The position numbers and the translations under genes were made by a program. A stretch of DNA of 63,246 nucleotides, filler included, from Reticulomyxa filosa (Eukaryota; Protista; Foraminifera), in the NCBI GenBank assembly GCA_000512085.1. It is 24 parts of 24 records of this genome, joined end to end, with 100 filler letters (N's around TTAATTAATTAA, not from the genome) between each part and the next. Parts side by side here need not be neighbours in the genome. Positions count along the whole stretch, not along the records: positions 11,470 to 14,814 come from ASPP01035363.1; positions 14,915 to 16,368 come from ASPP01049960.1; positions 16,469 to 19,962 come from ASPP01003683.1; positions 20,063 to 25,827 come from ASPP01017772.1; 20 more parts are not named here. One strand, written 5' to 3'. The notes below the pieces were generated by a model that was not told where the DNA came from, made no database searches, and saw nothing but the letters and a program-made list of their open reading frames with translations. This document shows positions 12,208-24,890 of the stretch, piece after piece. Each line of letters begins with the position of its first letter. The stretch's first letter is position 1.

Positions 12208-12407
12208 TGTAATACGAAAGGAACTTGGTTCCAAAAGAACAACTTTGGTAAAAGAAAGTAAATTAAAAAAGGGATAATGACAACTAAAAAGGATAGAAAC
12301 AAGTACAAAGAGAGAAAAGTGAGTTGTGTTGAGAAGAGGGTTTTAACCCACTGGGGCCCCACCGTTCCGTTAGTAGTTGGGGACTTATAATAGGGACTTT
12401 CCCTACA
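12208..12407 (+). repeat. 200-bp TGTA...TACA dispersed element, copy 1 (solo-LTR-like or structured ncRNA)
   Basis: Shares collinear blocks TGTAATACGAAAG, AAGTAAATTAAAA, AATGACA, TTTAACCCACTGGGG and AATAGGGACTT...CTACA with 53050-53249. Confidence 0.75.
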
Positions 12408-12933
12408 GAGGTGCCGCTTAGTCATGATAATTTTTTTGCAATATACTGTAGTAAATCTAAATTGTGCTTGATTTCGAAGTTTTAAGAAATTTTAAGTTAG
12501 TTTCAATTAAAAGTCGACTGTTTTATGCTGTTTTTGTAGTTGATTGAAATTGAGTTCTAAAGAATGAAAAGACGAATTGAACGGAAAAATAAAATCGACA
12601 AACAAAATGAAAAATTAGAAAATAATGAAATACCACATTGGAATAATCTTTTTGTAAGCTTCAAATTTCGGACTCTGTTGTTAGCAATTGTTGAATAAAA
12701 AATCAATGGAAATCCTCGACTTAAATTCTCTTCATTATGTTTAAATTACGATTGATTTACTTTATCTCCAAAACAATAGACCATTTTTCATCAGATTGGA
12801 AAAATTTGTGCCAGAGAATGAAACATTTTCCAAGAATAATGGATTTAGCTACCAGTATAGACATCCAACTTTTTGCGTCCATTTTTTTTGGTATAATCTC
12901 CCCTTCATCATTTGTCTCTAAATCTGACAATCA

Positions 12934-14752
12934 ATGATACTGTTCATGCGTTTCTTAATATTGATTTTGGGCTTTTGTACAGTAAGAAGTCAAGAAAACA
13001 GTGAGAATGCTTATCGCTTACCACAAGGAGTGTCACCAGACACCTACTACATATCAATCAAGCCATTTTTTAAAAACCTGACATTTGTGGGTAAAGCGTC
13101 AATAATGGTGACCATAGAAAAAGAGTATTTATTGTCATTGGAAGCGCAGGGCACATCATGGTTGAGCTTGAGTTTGAGCAAAGGGTCTGAGCTGACACTG
13201 AAGACCTCTTGGACATGGTTAACGATAATGGACGAATGTGCAAACATGACAGCGTTATATGCGTGCAAAGAGGAGAGTTACAATTGGGATAGCGAAATTT
13301 CTACGCTTGTGTTTGAAGAAGAGATTTCATCGCTATTGGACGTAATGAATACATACGGTTGCAACAAGTTGAAAGCGAATCTATCGATTGGCGAGTTTGC
13401 AGGGCCAATGCGAAATGACATGAGGGGTTTCTTCATATCCCAAGACCATGTAAGCTGAACAACATTTCGACCAATGGAACAATCACAAGCAATTAATATT
13501 TTTTTTTTTTTAATCCAAAAAAATTTACATATATGTACACATGCATAAATGTATCCATGGACCTGACTGAACAGTTGGACAATGGACAGTATGTAAACAA
13601 CGCTGTGACGCAATTTGAAAGTACAGATGCACGAAGTGCGTTTCCTTGTTGGGACGAACCTTCGTTTAAAGCTCGATTTGAAATTACCATCATTGCACCC
13701 AAACTCTGCACTGTGCTCAGTAACATGAACGTTGTCAAGTTTGCACAAAAAAAAAAAAAAAAAACAAAAAAAAACAAGAGAAATAGAATCGTTTGTTTGT
13801 TGGATTGGAAAGGAGTTTTTCCCTCCTCCCCCTTTGCTCAAAAAAAAAAAAAAACGTTAGAAGTTGAACAAATTGGCACCAGAACACAAACACATTTAAA
13901 AAAAAAAAAAAAAAGAAGATACAATTGAACCCAATGCTCAAGATTGCTATTATACAAATCACTTGCACGAAACAACGAACGAATGCCGAAATGTGCAGTT
14001 TGCATTATCGCCGAGGATGAGCAGTTACACAGTGGCTTGGTTCGTTGGGGATTACCAAAATGTGTCGCTTGCACAGAGCTCGACTGTCAATGCCATTCCT
14101 ATCACTCTTTACTTCCCATTCTCAGTCGATCCCTCATTTGGTCCCTACGCTTTGGCTCAAGCCGATCAACTCTTGTCTTACTTTGAAACCCTCTTCCAAA
14201 TCCCCTTTCCTTTGCCAAAAATGGATTTGATTGCTGTCCGTGATTTTGCTATTGGTAATTCCTTATCTTTATAAATCAATAATAAACAATAATAAATAAT
14301 AAATAATAAATAATAAATAAATATGTACACATAAATGTATATGTTTTATTTATTTATATATCTATGTACACATGTGTAATTTAAAACAAAGGTGCAATGG
14401 AAAATTGGGGACTTGTCACATTTGAAGCGGGGGCGATCCTCGTGAACGAAGAGAGCTCCAGCTTCACGGAACTGACTCAAGTTACCACATTGATTGCTCA
14501 CGAGTTTGCCCATCAATGGTTTGGCAATCTTGTGACAATGTCGTGGTGGGATGACCTGTGGCTGAATGAAGGGTTTGCCACGTTTATGGAAAACATGGGC
14601 GGGGATCACATTCGTTTGCAACACAATTATTGGAACTCGTTTCTTGGGTCGCAAATGCTCACGCTGCTTCGTGATACCTCGATTTACACTCACGCCATTC
14701 AATCCCCTGTCAGTGCTCCTTCTTCCATCAATACTTTTTTCGATTTCATCAC
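12934..14752 (+). CDS. M1 family aminopeptidase (aminopeptidase N-like) with signal peptide, multi-exon, 3' truncated
   Basis: Motifs [44 protein letters not shown], spliced GAMENWG (intron 14255-14391) and [13 protein letters not shown]...LWLNEGFA (HEXXH-18-E). Confidence 0.97.
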
Positions 14753-16565
14753 GTTACCTCTTTTCTTGTCTTTTTTTTTTTTTTTTTTTTTTTTGCATAT
14801 TATACATATATATANNNNNNNNNNNNNNNNNNNNNNNNNNNNNNNNNNNNNNNNNNNNTTAATTAATTAANNNNNNNNNNNNNNNNNNNNNNNNNNNNNN
14901 NNNNNNNNNNNNNNCCGTCTCCGAAAGGAGTTTAAAAGGTTTGTTCTATCTTTTTTTATATATAAAAATATGTTTATGTGTTATGTGTTTGTGTACAGGA
15001 TTCCCCCGCCCGAAACTAGTTACCTGTTTTAACCCCTCCACACACAAAAAACATTGGGTCGAAGGCCGTCCGGCGTACAAAATGAAAAAGAATGGTTTGT
15101 TATATTATATATATGTTTATCTTTCTTTTGTTAAAATAATGTTGTTGTGTGTATATCATATATAGGAATTCCCCTTCACAAAGAAAAAAATGTGTTTTAT
15201 ATTCTTTTGTCCCTCCTCCACATACAGTTGAGTGTTTGCAACACAGATGAAAAAAATAAAATTGAATTATACTTTTACAGGTAACTATATTTTTCTTGTG
15301 TTCTCTAAAAATATATAAAATGATTTTGTTTGTTATGTAATATGTATACCAGGATCCAAATGAATTTAAAAAAAAAAGAAGTTTTAGAAAGGTGGTGGGA
15401 GTTTGGAAAAAAAAGTAAAATAATGATAAAAAAAAGATAATAGAAAAGGGTGGAAAAATATAATTGAAAAATATTGGGAAAAAAAAAAGGATAATTGAAA
15501 AAGGTTGGGAAAGATGATTTGAAAAATGGGGTGGAAAAAATATAAAGAAATTAGAAAAAAAAAGAAAATAATAATAAAGAAGATAATAATAAATGAAAAA
15601 AAAATTAAAAAGATGTATAAAAAAAAGAAAAAAAAAATGGACATTGGTGGGCTCGTTGTAAAATATTGAAATATATATTGTGATTGTTCCGGATAGTCTA
15701 CAAATTGGTTTTGCAGTTATTTCTTAAAAAAAACAAATTGAAAATAAAACAAAAAGCTTTCATTAATGTACACTGTTTTGTGATATACAGACTTGTAGAA
15801 CTTAGAATGTATTATCTAGTGGACGCATATCCAGATAAAAACTTGCATATGCGCCGAAAGTATTTCGCATGGGGGGAATAAGCTTGATTGATCTGCCTGC
15901 AATGCCGTCAAAGATATTTATGGCATAGAAGCATTTGTTGTGGATTGTGTTTTGAAACCTCATTTATCTTTGACAACAATCTCACGTTGTATCACGTACA
16001 AGTTGAACCACGCTTCAAACGACCAAGTCCAACGTGATGAATTTCAATTACACTCAAAAAATGTTTGGAACAAAATATTGTTTATTATCAAAGCTGGAGA
16101 AGCAATTTATGTGCCGTTATCAGTGGAAGATCAATACATTATTACAAATCGACACTAGATGCGAAGGAGTCAATCGCCAATGCCAATGTAAAGTCCTAGT
16201 TGTAATCCACGCCGCCCAATCGCTATCATACGCAACCACTTACTGGAACTTCTTCACATGAATCTACTCCACATCCGATGTAATCTCTGTGTTATCCTCC
16301 GACCTCGGCCCCAACTCTGTCTCCCATCCCATATCCTGCTGTAAAGTCGGCTATTGATCGAGTTTATCNNNNNNNNNNNNNNNNNNNNNNNNNNNNNNNN
16401 NNNNNNNNNNNNTTAATTAATTAANNNNNNNNNNNNNNNNNNNNNNNNNNNNNNNNNNNNNNNNNNNNAAAAAAAAAAAAATGTCCCCTTTTTTTTTTTT
16501 TTTTTTTGTTTTGTTTTGTTTTGTTTTGGAAAGTGAAAACAATTGTTGAAGAAACTAACATAACA

Positions 16566-18071
16566 GTTTTTTGGCGGAAAAAAATATATTGGGGAATTTT
16601 CTTCGAATTGTGCGTCAAAAATATGATCGAGATGTGACAATCCAAGTGTTGCAAACATTATCAATAATGATCCAAAACATAAGTAAACAGTTGTCATTGT
16701 ATTATCTGTTCAGCAACAATTACATTAACGACATGATAGTCCACGACTTTGATTTCATGGACAATGAGATCTTGGCCTATTACGTGTCCTTTCTGAAGAC
16801 CATTTCATTGAAGTTGGACCGTGATGTCATTAATTTTTTTTTTAATGCAAAAGCGCATGGTCTGTTGGCCCCCTTTTTTTTTTTTTTTCCTCCCCCCCTC
16901 CTCTCATATACAAATATATGTACATACATAAGTATGTATATGTGTATATGTACATATATGTAAATGTCTATTATTTGCATTTGCGAATAAAAAAAAAAAC
17001 AATGTAAAAAAAAGACTTTCCATTGTACTCGGAAGCATTGAAGTTTTTAAGCACAAGGATCAGATGGTGCGTATCGCAGTGCGCACACTCACGCTGAATG
17101 TGTTTCGCGTGAACGACCCTGACCTGCGGCATTTCATCACAGACAAAACGGCGGTGCCGTATTTCAGTAACTTGGTCTGGTTTATGAAGGACCAGTGTTT
17201 TCTGTTGAATCAAGTGTTGGTTCAAGCGTCGGCATCCTCTCCCTCGCCGGCGTTGAACTCAACCTCTGTTTCCGTGTCCATTCCCATCACTCCACCTTCC
17301 AACGCCATTGGCCTGACGTCACTGGTCAAAGATGAATCTACATCTCTGTCATCGTCGTCCTCTTCCTCTTCTTCTTCTTCTTCTTCTTCTTCTTCTTCTT
17401 CTTCAAGTGGCACAAGCGAGACGAGCAATGCAGACATCTTGTCCAAAAAGAAGCTAATCCGAACTCAACTCCAACAAGGAATTGAAGAACAAGTGGATCA
17501 TTATTATTACTTAGAAGTTTATCATTTCTTTTTTATTATTTTATTTCATTAAACTAAAAAAAAAAAAAAACAAACAACAACAACAACAACAACAATAATA
17601 ACAACAATAATGCAAAGGATATATTTTTACTTGGAATTCGTCCACTCAGCGAATCACTGATGGATCAGCTGTTTGCGCATTTTATTTTGCCGGTGCTTTT
17701 GAAGAGCATATTAGACGAGTCGCTGCAACGGGTACCGCAAGCCGACGACAAGCAGACAGCCACGAGCCATCGCGAAAAGCAAGAGTCGGTGCGAACTCGC
17801 ATTCATCGACAATTGGCACTGTTTTTGCTGACGCAAGTGCTGAAGGTGTTTAGCGAAGGCGGCTTCGTCAATGCGCTGGTAGTGGCGCTCGTGCATCCAA
17901 ACCCACCCAAATTGGTCAACCAACTGATTCAAAGCCCTCCTCTCAATGCTGTCAAGCCCTCCGTCGCCGTTGTACGTATCCTATGCCAACGAAGGGCGTA
18001 CTACCGAAAATCTCTCAGTCAGAGCAGTGACAGCGAAAACAATGTCAATGGTGGGGCTGTTGTTGCCCCCA

Positions 18072-18115
<44 letters not shown>

Positions 18116-19893
18116 CCGCCGCCGTCGGCGACCTCTCCTTCCGTTAATGCCACACAAGAGGAAGATCAAGATCCTTGTTTCGTATTATTATTTATGTTTT
18201 AAATAATATACGTATATCCACTATGTTAGTTTTTTTTTTTTTTTTTATGTGGGAACAGTGAAGAACAGAAGTGAGGATTACAGGAACATTGTGAAAAAGG
18301 ATCAAAACTTGAAAGCACGTAGTCCAATGCACGTAATCACGATCACCGACCCGGTGGACAGCAGCAGCAGTATGCTGGAAGACCACAACCAATATCGAGA
18401 CACCTTAATGGACCTCTTGGCCGCAGACCCAAAAGATCGAGAGAAGGAACAGCTTATGGCCTCTGCTGTCGCGCTCATTCTGACATTGATACGAGTTCAT
18501 GTGGCCATTATTTGTTATTGTTGTTGTTGTTGTTGATGATACGCATATGCATATTATTATTATTATTATTTTTTTTTTTTTTTCTCTCTCTCTATGATCC
18601 AAAAAAAAAAAAAGATCCGTCCACATCGGAAGATTTGCTAGTCGAGGTCGGCATATGTCCACAAAAACGCAAGAGAAGAAGACAGCTGTTTGACACTGGC
18701 AAAAAAGGAAAAAAAAACAGCAGCATGACGTCCTTCGCGACACAAGCGACGAGGGCCTCGCCATTGCCCGAGACTAAGACTGTGACGACAAGGCTGGACG
18801 AATTGGAGACACGTGCCAACAACAACAACAACAACAACAAAAATGTCGTGTCGGTGTCCAATCATGAGAGAACGCTATCCAATCCGCAAAATGAGGTCAC
18901 TTCTTCAGGTGTTTCTTTTTTTTTTTTTTTTTGAAAAAAGAAAGATTGAAAAAAAAAAATAAATAAATAAACAAACAAATTAAAAAAGCAGGTGATAATT
19001 ATCGCAAAAGAACTCGAAGTGATGGTCAAAATGCTGGCAAAGAGCAGCCTCGAACGAAATCGGACACGGATGTGGAAGAGCTGATGTCACGACAAAGACA
19101 AGAGAATGCCAATGACAACGACGACGACGACGACGATGAAGAAGAGGAAGAAGAGGAAGGAAGAAGAAGAAGAAGAAGATGCTGCATTTATGTTGCGACA
19201 ACAAAAATCAGTTCCCATTGGCTATAGCCCTACAAGCGGACAAGGACAAGGACAAGGACAAGAACACGAGAATGAAAAAGGACAAAAACACAATGGACAA
19301 ATAGGCAATCAAAAACAGAGCCAAATTCCGAAACTCAAATACAACAATAGCCAAGTCTTTGAACTAAAGAAAAAGCAAAAGCAAACATCAAAAAAAAAAA
19401 AAAGAGATCAAAACAAATACGCAAGGAAAGCTATCCGAAAGCCTCTGATCTGCCTTTGACTCATCACTTGAGTGCGATTTCGGTGCATCAGCAGCCTGCA
19501 CTCGCGCCACTGTCGCGTTCCGCGAGCTGCTCTCCAGTCACGAGGCCTCTGTCCGCCACACTGCCTTCACCGTTGACGTTGCGAAAGGAGCGCATTTTAA
19601 TGCAGCAAGCACAAAAGCAAGAAAGAGAAAGAGGAGACTCACGCACAATGAAAGCCAATCAATCCGACGATATCAAAGACACCTCTGTTATCAGTAGCAT
19701 AAAAACAGAGCGAGGAAAATTCGTAGCTGCTGCTGCTGAAAGCACATCCAAAGACAATAACAATAACAATAACAATAATAATACCAATGCAAACAATGCT
19801 CGTGCCTTAGAAGATGACATTGCCTATCCTGTCGGCATTGTGCAAATGTTGTTATCTGCTTTGGAGAAATTTGACAAATTAAGCGTTTTCACA
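16566..19893 (+). CDS. CLEC16A: CLEC16A/TT9/GOP-1 (FPL domain) homologue, internal part, multi-exon
   Basis: Motifs QVLQTLSIMIQNI...YYLFSNNYIN...DFDF.DNEILAYYVSFLKTISLKL, spliced DFPLYSEA, and MVRIAVRTLTLNVFRV. One homopolymer frameshift near 17048. Confidence 0.9.
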
Positions 19894-19921
19894 GTTTTGT
19901 TTATTTGCTTACTTGTTTTTG

Positions 19922-19962
<41 letters not shown>

Positions 19963-20559
19963 NNNNNNNNNNNNNNNNNNNNNNNNNNNNNNNNNNNNNN
20001 NNNNNNTTAATTAATTAANNNNNNNNNNNNNNNNNNNNNNNNNNNNNNNNNNNNNNNNNNNNATTTATGGAGAAAATAAAACTCAGGATTCAGGTAAAAC
20101 TAATTTGTCGAATCCTTAAAATCAATTTCCTTTATTATTTATGAAATAATTATCATGATTAATAAAAGTAAAATTAAGGATACAAAGGTTAAATTTAAAA
20201 AAGATGAATAACACATTGATTTGTTTTATTTATTATTGTTAACAGTGTTAACCAATTATAGATTATGAAAAAAAATAGTCAAATACTTTTTGGTTTGCAA
20301 AGAATATGACATAATATTATTAAGAAATGTTTAATGAATTTAATACATTTAAATATATAGTGCAACTGACTTATGAACAAACAAAATGAGTAAAATATGA
20401 TTTATTTTTGTTTCAACAGATTGTTTTTTGTGTATAAAATGAGTTTTTTCTGATCCTATTTTAGTATAGTATATTGTCAGTTAAAAAATATTACACTAAA
20501 GTTAAAAATTACAAATTCAAAAATATATATTTAGTAAATGTTTTTTTACAAGTCACTTA

Positions 20560-21306
20560 AAGATATAATTTCAACTTATTCTTTTTTGGTTTGAATTTGA
20601 TATTACAGTTTTTGATATTAATCATTTTTCATATATTCAATTTTTGTTTAATATACTTTTCGTTCTTCTTCTAAAGTTTCTTTTAATTTTTTGATTTCTT
20701 TTTCACTATTATTTGAACTTTCAATAATTGATAAATTCAATTGAAGTGATAACAATTGTTGATACTATATATTTTCATACTGTAATTGTTGAAAATCATT
20801 ATCAATTCCAGGTGATTGTTGATCACAAAGATTAATGATATTTACTTGACAATCAAAGAATTTATTGTCACCACCATAGTACTTATTAACATATTCACTA
20901 ATAATATCTTTAATTATTTTAAAGGTCATTCAAGTTCTGGATATAAAGATAGTTTCTGTATATAGTAAATTTTTTCATTTTGGGACCGAAAAGTTGGAAT
21001 ATTAAATTTTTTACGATATCTCTGCAGTCAGTACAATTACAATTGCAAATATAATATTCAACACATCGGCAGAAACTAAAAAATGCATTTATTTTGACTT
21101 TATATACTGCACTGATATTAGATTTCAATATTTCTTTAATGCCATCGTGATAGACACGATTACGATGTATACTCTTAACACATTTAATACATTCAATTAT
21201 GCCACAAGATTCATTATGACAACGTGTAAATGTATTGACAACTTTTTCACAAGTAATGTAAATGACAGATTCCTATTCTTTCACTGTGCGATCACCACTT
21301 GACATG
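20560..21306 (-). pseudogene. Disrupted Cys/His-rich plus coiled-coil gene
   Basis: ATG at 21306, CHNESCGIIECIKC and CNCTDC motifs, a coiled-coil tail, and multiple stops/frameshifts. Confidence 0.4.
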
Positions 21307-22554
21307 ACTACACCTATTTATAACACAAAACACAAAATATAATAATACTTAATTTACAATTTACAAGTTCAACAATAACAAAAAACTACTTCAAAGTATA
21401 AAAAAAAATAAAGTAAAGATATTTAGATTAGATGTAAATGAATGAAATACTAGCTATCTGAAGTACAATTAGCTCAAGAAATTAATAAAAAAGAATGATA
21501 AAATGACAAAAGTTAAAGTTAAGCAGGTGAAACTAAGTTCAGCTTAACCTGTTTTTAGAACTCACAAAAACAATATTAATTTTTTTTCATTTTTTCATTG
21601 TAAATTATATTTTATGTATTATTTTCACGTTCAATTTTTTTTGTTTTTTCATTGTTTTTTGAGTCGACTTGAAAATTTGTAAGTTTTTAAATTTTTAATT
21701 TTTGCTAAACATTAATCAAAGAATCCAGTGGAGTTGAAGCGCTAAGGCTTTTTCAAACTTGTTTATGTCAATGCAATCTTTTAAGTTCTTTGTATGATAT
21801 GGGTACTAAAGTTGGGGAAGATGTTTTTATTTGTGAGTCTTCTGTGTTTAGTTAGTATTGCAAAAAAAAAAATCTGACAAAGTAAAGAAAATTTTATATT
21901 TATTTGCATTCCATGTGTAAATTTAGAATGATGAACTCAATCCACTTATCACACATTACTGCAGTCTGAGTGCAGGGAAAATTTATACAAAAAAAGAAAA
22001 AAAGACTTGGTTCCATATAATATAAGTGAACATGGAAGCAGAAATATTTTCATTCTTGATAAACCCGCTTGTATAAATGAAGCAGGAACAAGCAAAGGCA
22101 TTATGCAAAAGGCCTCGACAAGAGAAAGAGAGTCTATCTGTGAAGGACATCTCCAGATTAACAAAAAAAGACTGGGAAGATGTGTTTAAAAAGATGGAAT
22201 TGCAAACAGCAACAAAAGGAAGATTGGATGATGCCATTAAGGACATATCCAAAATACTGTTGTCAGATATTTTTGTAACTAAATCTATTACTATATAGCT
22301 ACCTTTTTGGAATAGTCATTATATATATTGTTATCATTTAGTTCCTTTTATTTTATGAAAATGCAAATATATCAATAAAATACATATTCTCTTTATGCAG
22401 AAGTTATTTTTAAAAAAAGTTGATAAATTTCATAATTATGATACTGACACAAATGAAAAAATTTAAAGAAGACATTATTTAGAGAAATTTTAATTGAGCT
22501 TTTTTATGGAAAAATCGATTATTTCTATATGTTAAGATTTATTTCATTCTATTA

Positions 22555-23197
22555 TATTTTATAATAATTTTATCAAAATCATATATCCATCCAAATTTTA
22601 TTTCTGAAGTTCGAATCCAATATTGAATAATATATTTCATTTCATGTTTTGACTGTTTATTATTTATTATTTATTATTTATCAACCAGTTGCACACAATA
22701 CAATTTATTTGTGTTTCGTCAAAATAAATAAATAATAAATAAACAAATCATTACCAATTGTAAGGAATCAAATACACTCACTTTTGTCTTCATATGAGTT
22801 GATAATAATTCATTTTTGTCATTTTGTCCTCCAATGATATGTATATCATTGTCTTCTTCACTCAATATTGCGACGCGTTTATATAATGAACTGGGTAAAG
22901 TATTTTGAATGTCATCCATTTGTCTTATCGAATTGAATACTTGTATATTGATTTTGAAACAGTCCATTTTTTACCATTCCAACCATATCCACCAAAAAAT
23001 AAAATGATATCATTGATACATACATATGCATATTGATAAAATGATGCAATGTTATCATAAACAGGTATTTGATAAAATTGAAAAATGTTTTTATCTTCAT
23101 CATATTCAATTGATAATCCTGTCTTAAAACAAAATAACAGCATTTGATATTGTTTATTTTTTTTTTCATTTGTTTTCGTCATTTCTTGTTCTTGTAC
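22555..23197 (-). pseudogene. Kelch-like family paralogue, 3' half only
   Basis: QMLLFCFKTGLSIEYDE...YAYVCINDIILFFGG...IHIIGG, a frameshift near 22925, and a terminal exon IQYWIRTSEIKFGWIYDFDKII; the 5' half is absent. Confidence 0.8.
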
Positions 23198-23198
23198 T

Positions 23199-23873
23199 AA
23201 ACATCATTCTTTACCAACTGATGATTATATTTGTTATCATTGCTTTGTATCAAATTCAGAAAATGTACAAGAACAAGAAATGATGAAAATAAATCAAAAA
23301 AATAAACAAAATTATCAAATGTTGTTGTTTAAAGATAATACAGGATTATCAATTGAATATGATGAAGATAAAAACATTTTTCAATTTCATAAACTACCTG
23401 TTTGTGATTATATTGAATTATTCCCTCGATATGTATATGTGTGTATCAATGGTATCATTTTATTTTTTGGTGGATATTGTTGGAATGGTGATAGATTTAT
23501 TGTCTCAAAATCAATACATAAATATTCAATTCGAGAAAACACATTTGAAAACGCTTTGTCCAGTCCATTGATTTTACGTGTTGCAATATTGAGTGAAGAA
23601 GACGATTCTATACACATCATTGGAGGAAGGGATGGTGAAATGACAGCAGTATCAACTCACATAAAAACAAGATTGCGTGTATGGGATCCTTTACAGTTGG
23701 TAATGATTTGCTTATTTTGACGAATCACAAATAAACTGTATTGTATGAAATTGATTGACAAATAGTCAAAAAAGAAATAAAATTGATTATTGAATATTGG
23801 ATTCGAGTATTAAAGATAAAATTAGGATGGATCGACGATTTCGATAAAATTATTATGAAATACAATAGATGAA
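23199..23873 (+). pseudogene. Kelch-like family paralogue, 3' half only
   Basis: LPTDDYICYHCFVS...QMLLFKDNTGLSIEYDE...ILFFGG...IHIIGG and a terminal exon IEYWIRVLKIKLGWIDDFDKII. Confidence 0.8.
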
Positions 23874-24589
23874 ATAAATTTTACAAAATTAGAATATCTG
23901 TTGATCATGTGATTTTGGTTTTTATTTTCATTTCATAATTATGGAATTTACTTTTTTATTTATTTATGTATTTTCAAAATATAAAAAAAGGCTGAAAATC
24001 AAATGCTATCCTTTTGTTGAACAAAAAAAGGAAAAAAATTGTTGCAAGTGGAAAATATAAAGTAATAAAAGTAAATCTTACAAATTTGTCACCAGTTCAG
24101 ATGATAAATCCTTTTCACAATGATCTCTACAAGATTATGATATAATTATCACTATCTAAAGAAATATCAATTCAATAATGTATTTACGATAAGATAATTC
24201 AAAAAAGTAATATACAAACCATACTCAGTTTGGATAAACTTTTTAAAAAATCCTTATCAATTGTGCTTCTCAGTAAGTAGATTACAATTTTTAATAATTT
24301 TTTTATATTTGAGAGATTATACGATATTGTGCAATTACTGTTACCAACATATTTTTTCCCTCTGATTCAATAATGTTACCAATTCCTATTCAAAAGATTC
24401 CAGCAATAATATTTTTGATTTGGCATCTTACAAAGACATTCGTGAATAAACTTCAACTTATATAAAACGAGCTTCTATTTAATTTGATAACTTGTCATGA
24501 TGGCTCTATCCATTGCAAATTTACTCTCAAAATAAAAATATTTCATTTTCAAAGATTTCCAAGAATTCAATAATGTCAATATCCACGAA

Positions 24590-24890
24590 AATGGTGAAAA
24601 AGAAAAAAAAGATGGTGCGAGTGTTGATAATCGACGTTGTTGAGCAGATAATAAAAAGACAACAGTATCAACTCACGTGAAAACTAAAGTACGTGATTCT
24701 TCATTGTTGGTATTTATTTTGATGAAACACAAATAAATTTTATTATATAAAACTGATTAACAAATAATAAATAATGAACAGTCAAACATTGAAACAAAAT
24801 CGATTATTGAATATTGGGCTCGAACGTTAAAGATTGATATGGATCGATGATTTTGACAAGATCATTGTAAAATACAATAGAATGAATAAA
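24590..24890 (+). pseudogene. Third, more degraded Kelch-like family 3' fragment
   Basis: TTVSTHVKTKVR, the same intron, and an IEYWARTLK..WIDDFDKIIVKY exon, all homologous to 23640-23870. Confidence 0.7.

Noticed and set aside
12340-12407. Element as RNase MRP, U2, telomerase RNA or a ribozyme (GAAAGTCCC, TGTAGTA, TAACCC, CGAAA motifs)
   Set aside because: Each motif is either present in only one copy or lacks its required partner motif.
12171-12425. 84-aa minus-strand ORF as the explanation for the 200-bp element
   Set aside because: The homologous copy at 53050-53249 has an in-frame stop and a frame offset; the plus-strand TKCNTK frame is not open in a consistent way either.
14915-15380. 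Exon-like segments possibly from an enzyme such as a P450 (DPNEF)
   Set aside because: Too degraded; no diagnostic motif can be confirmed.
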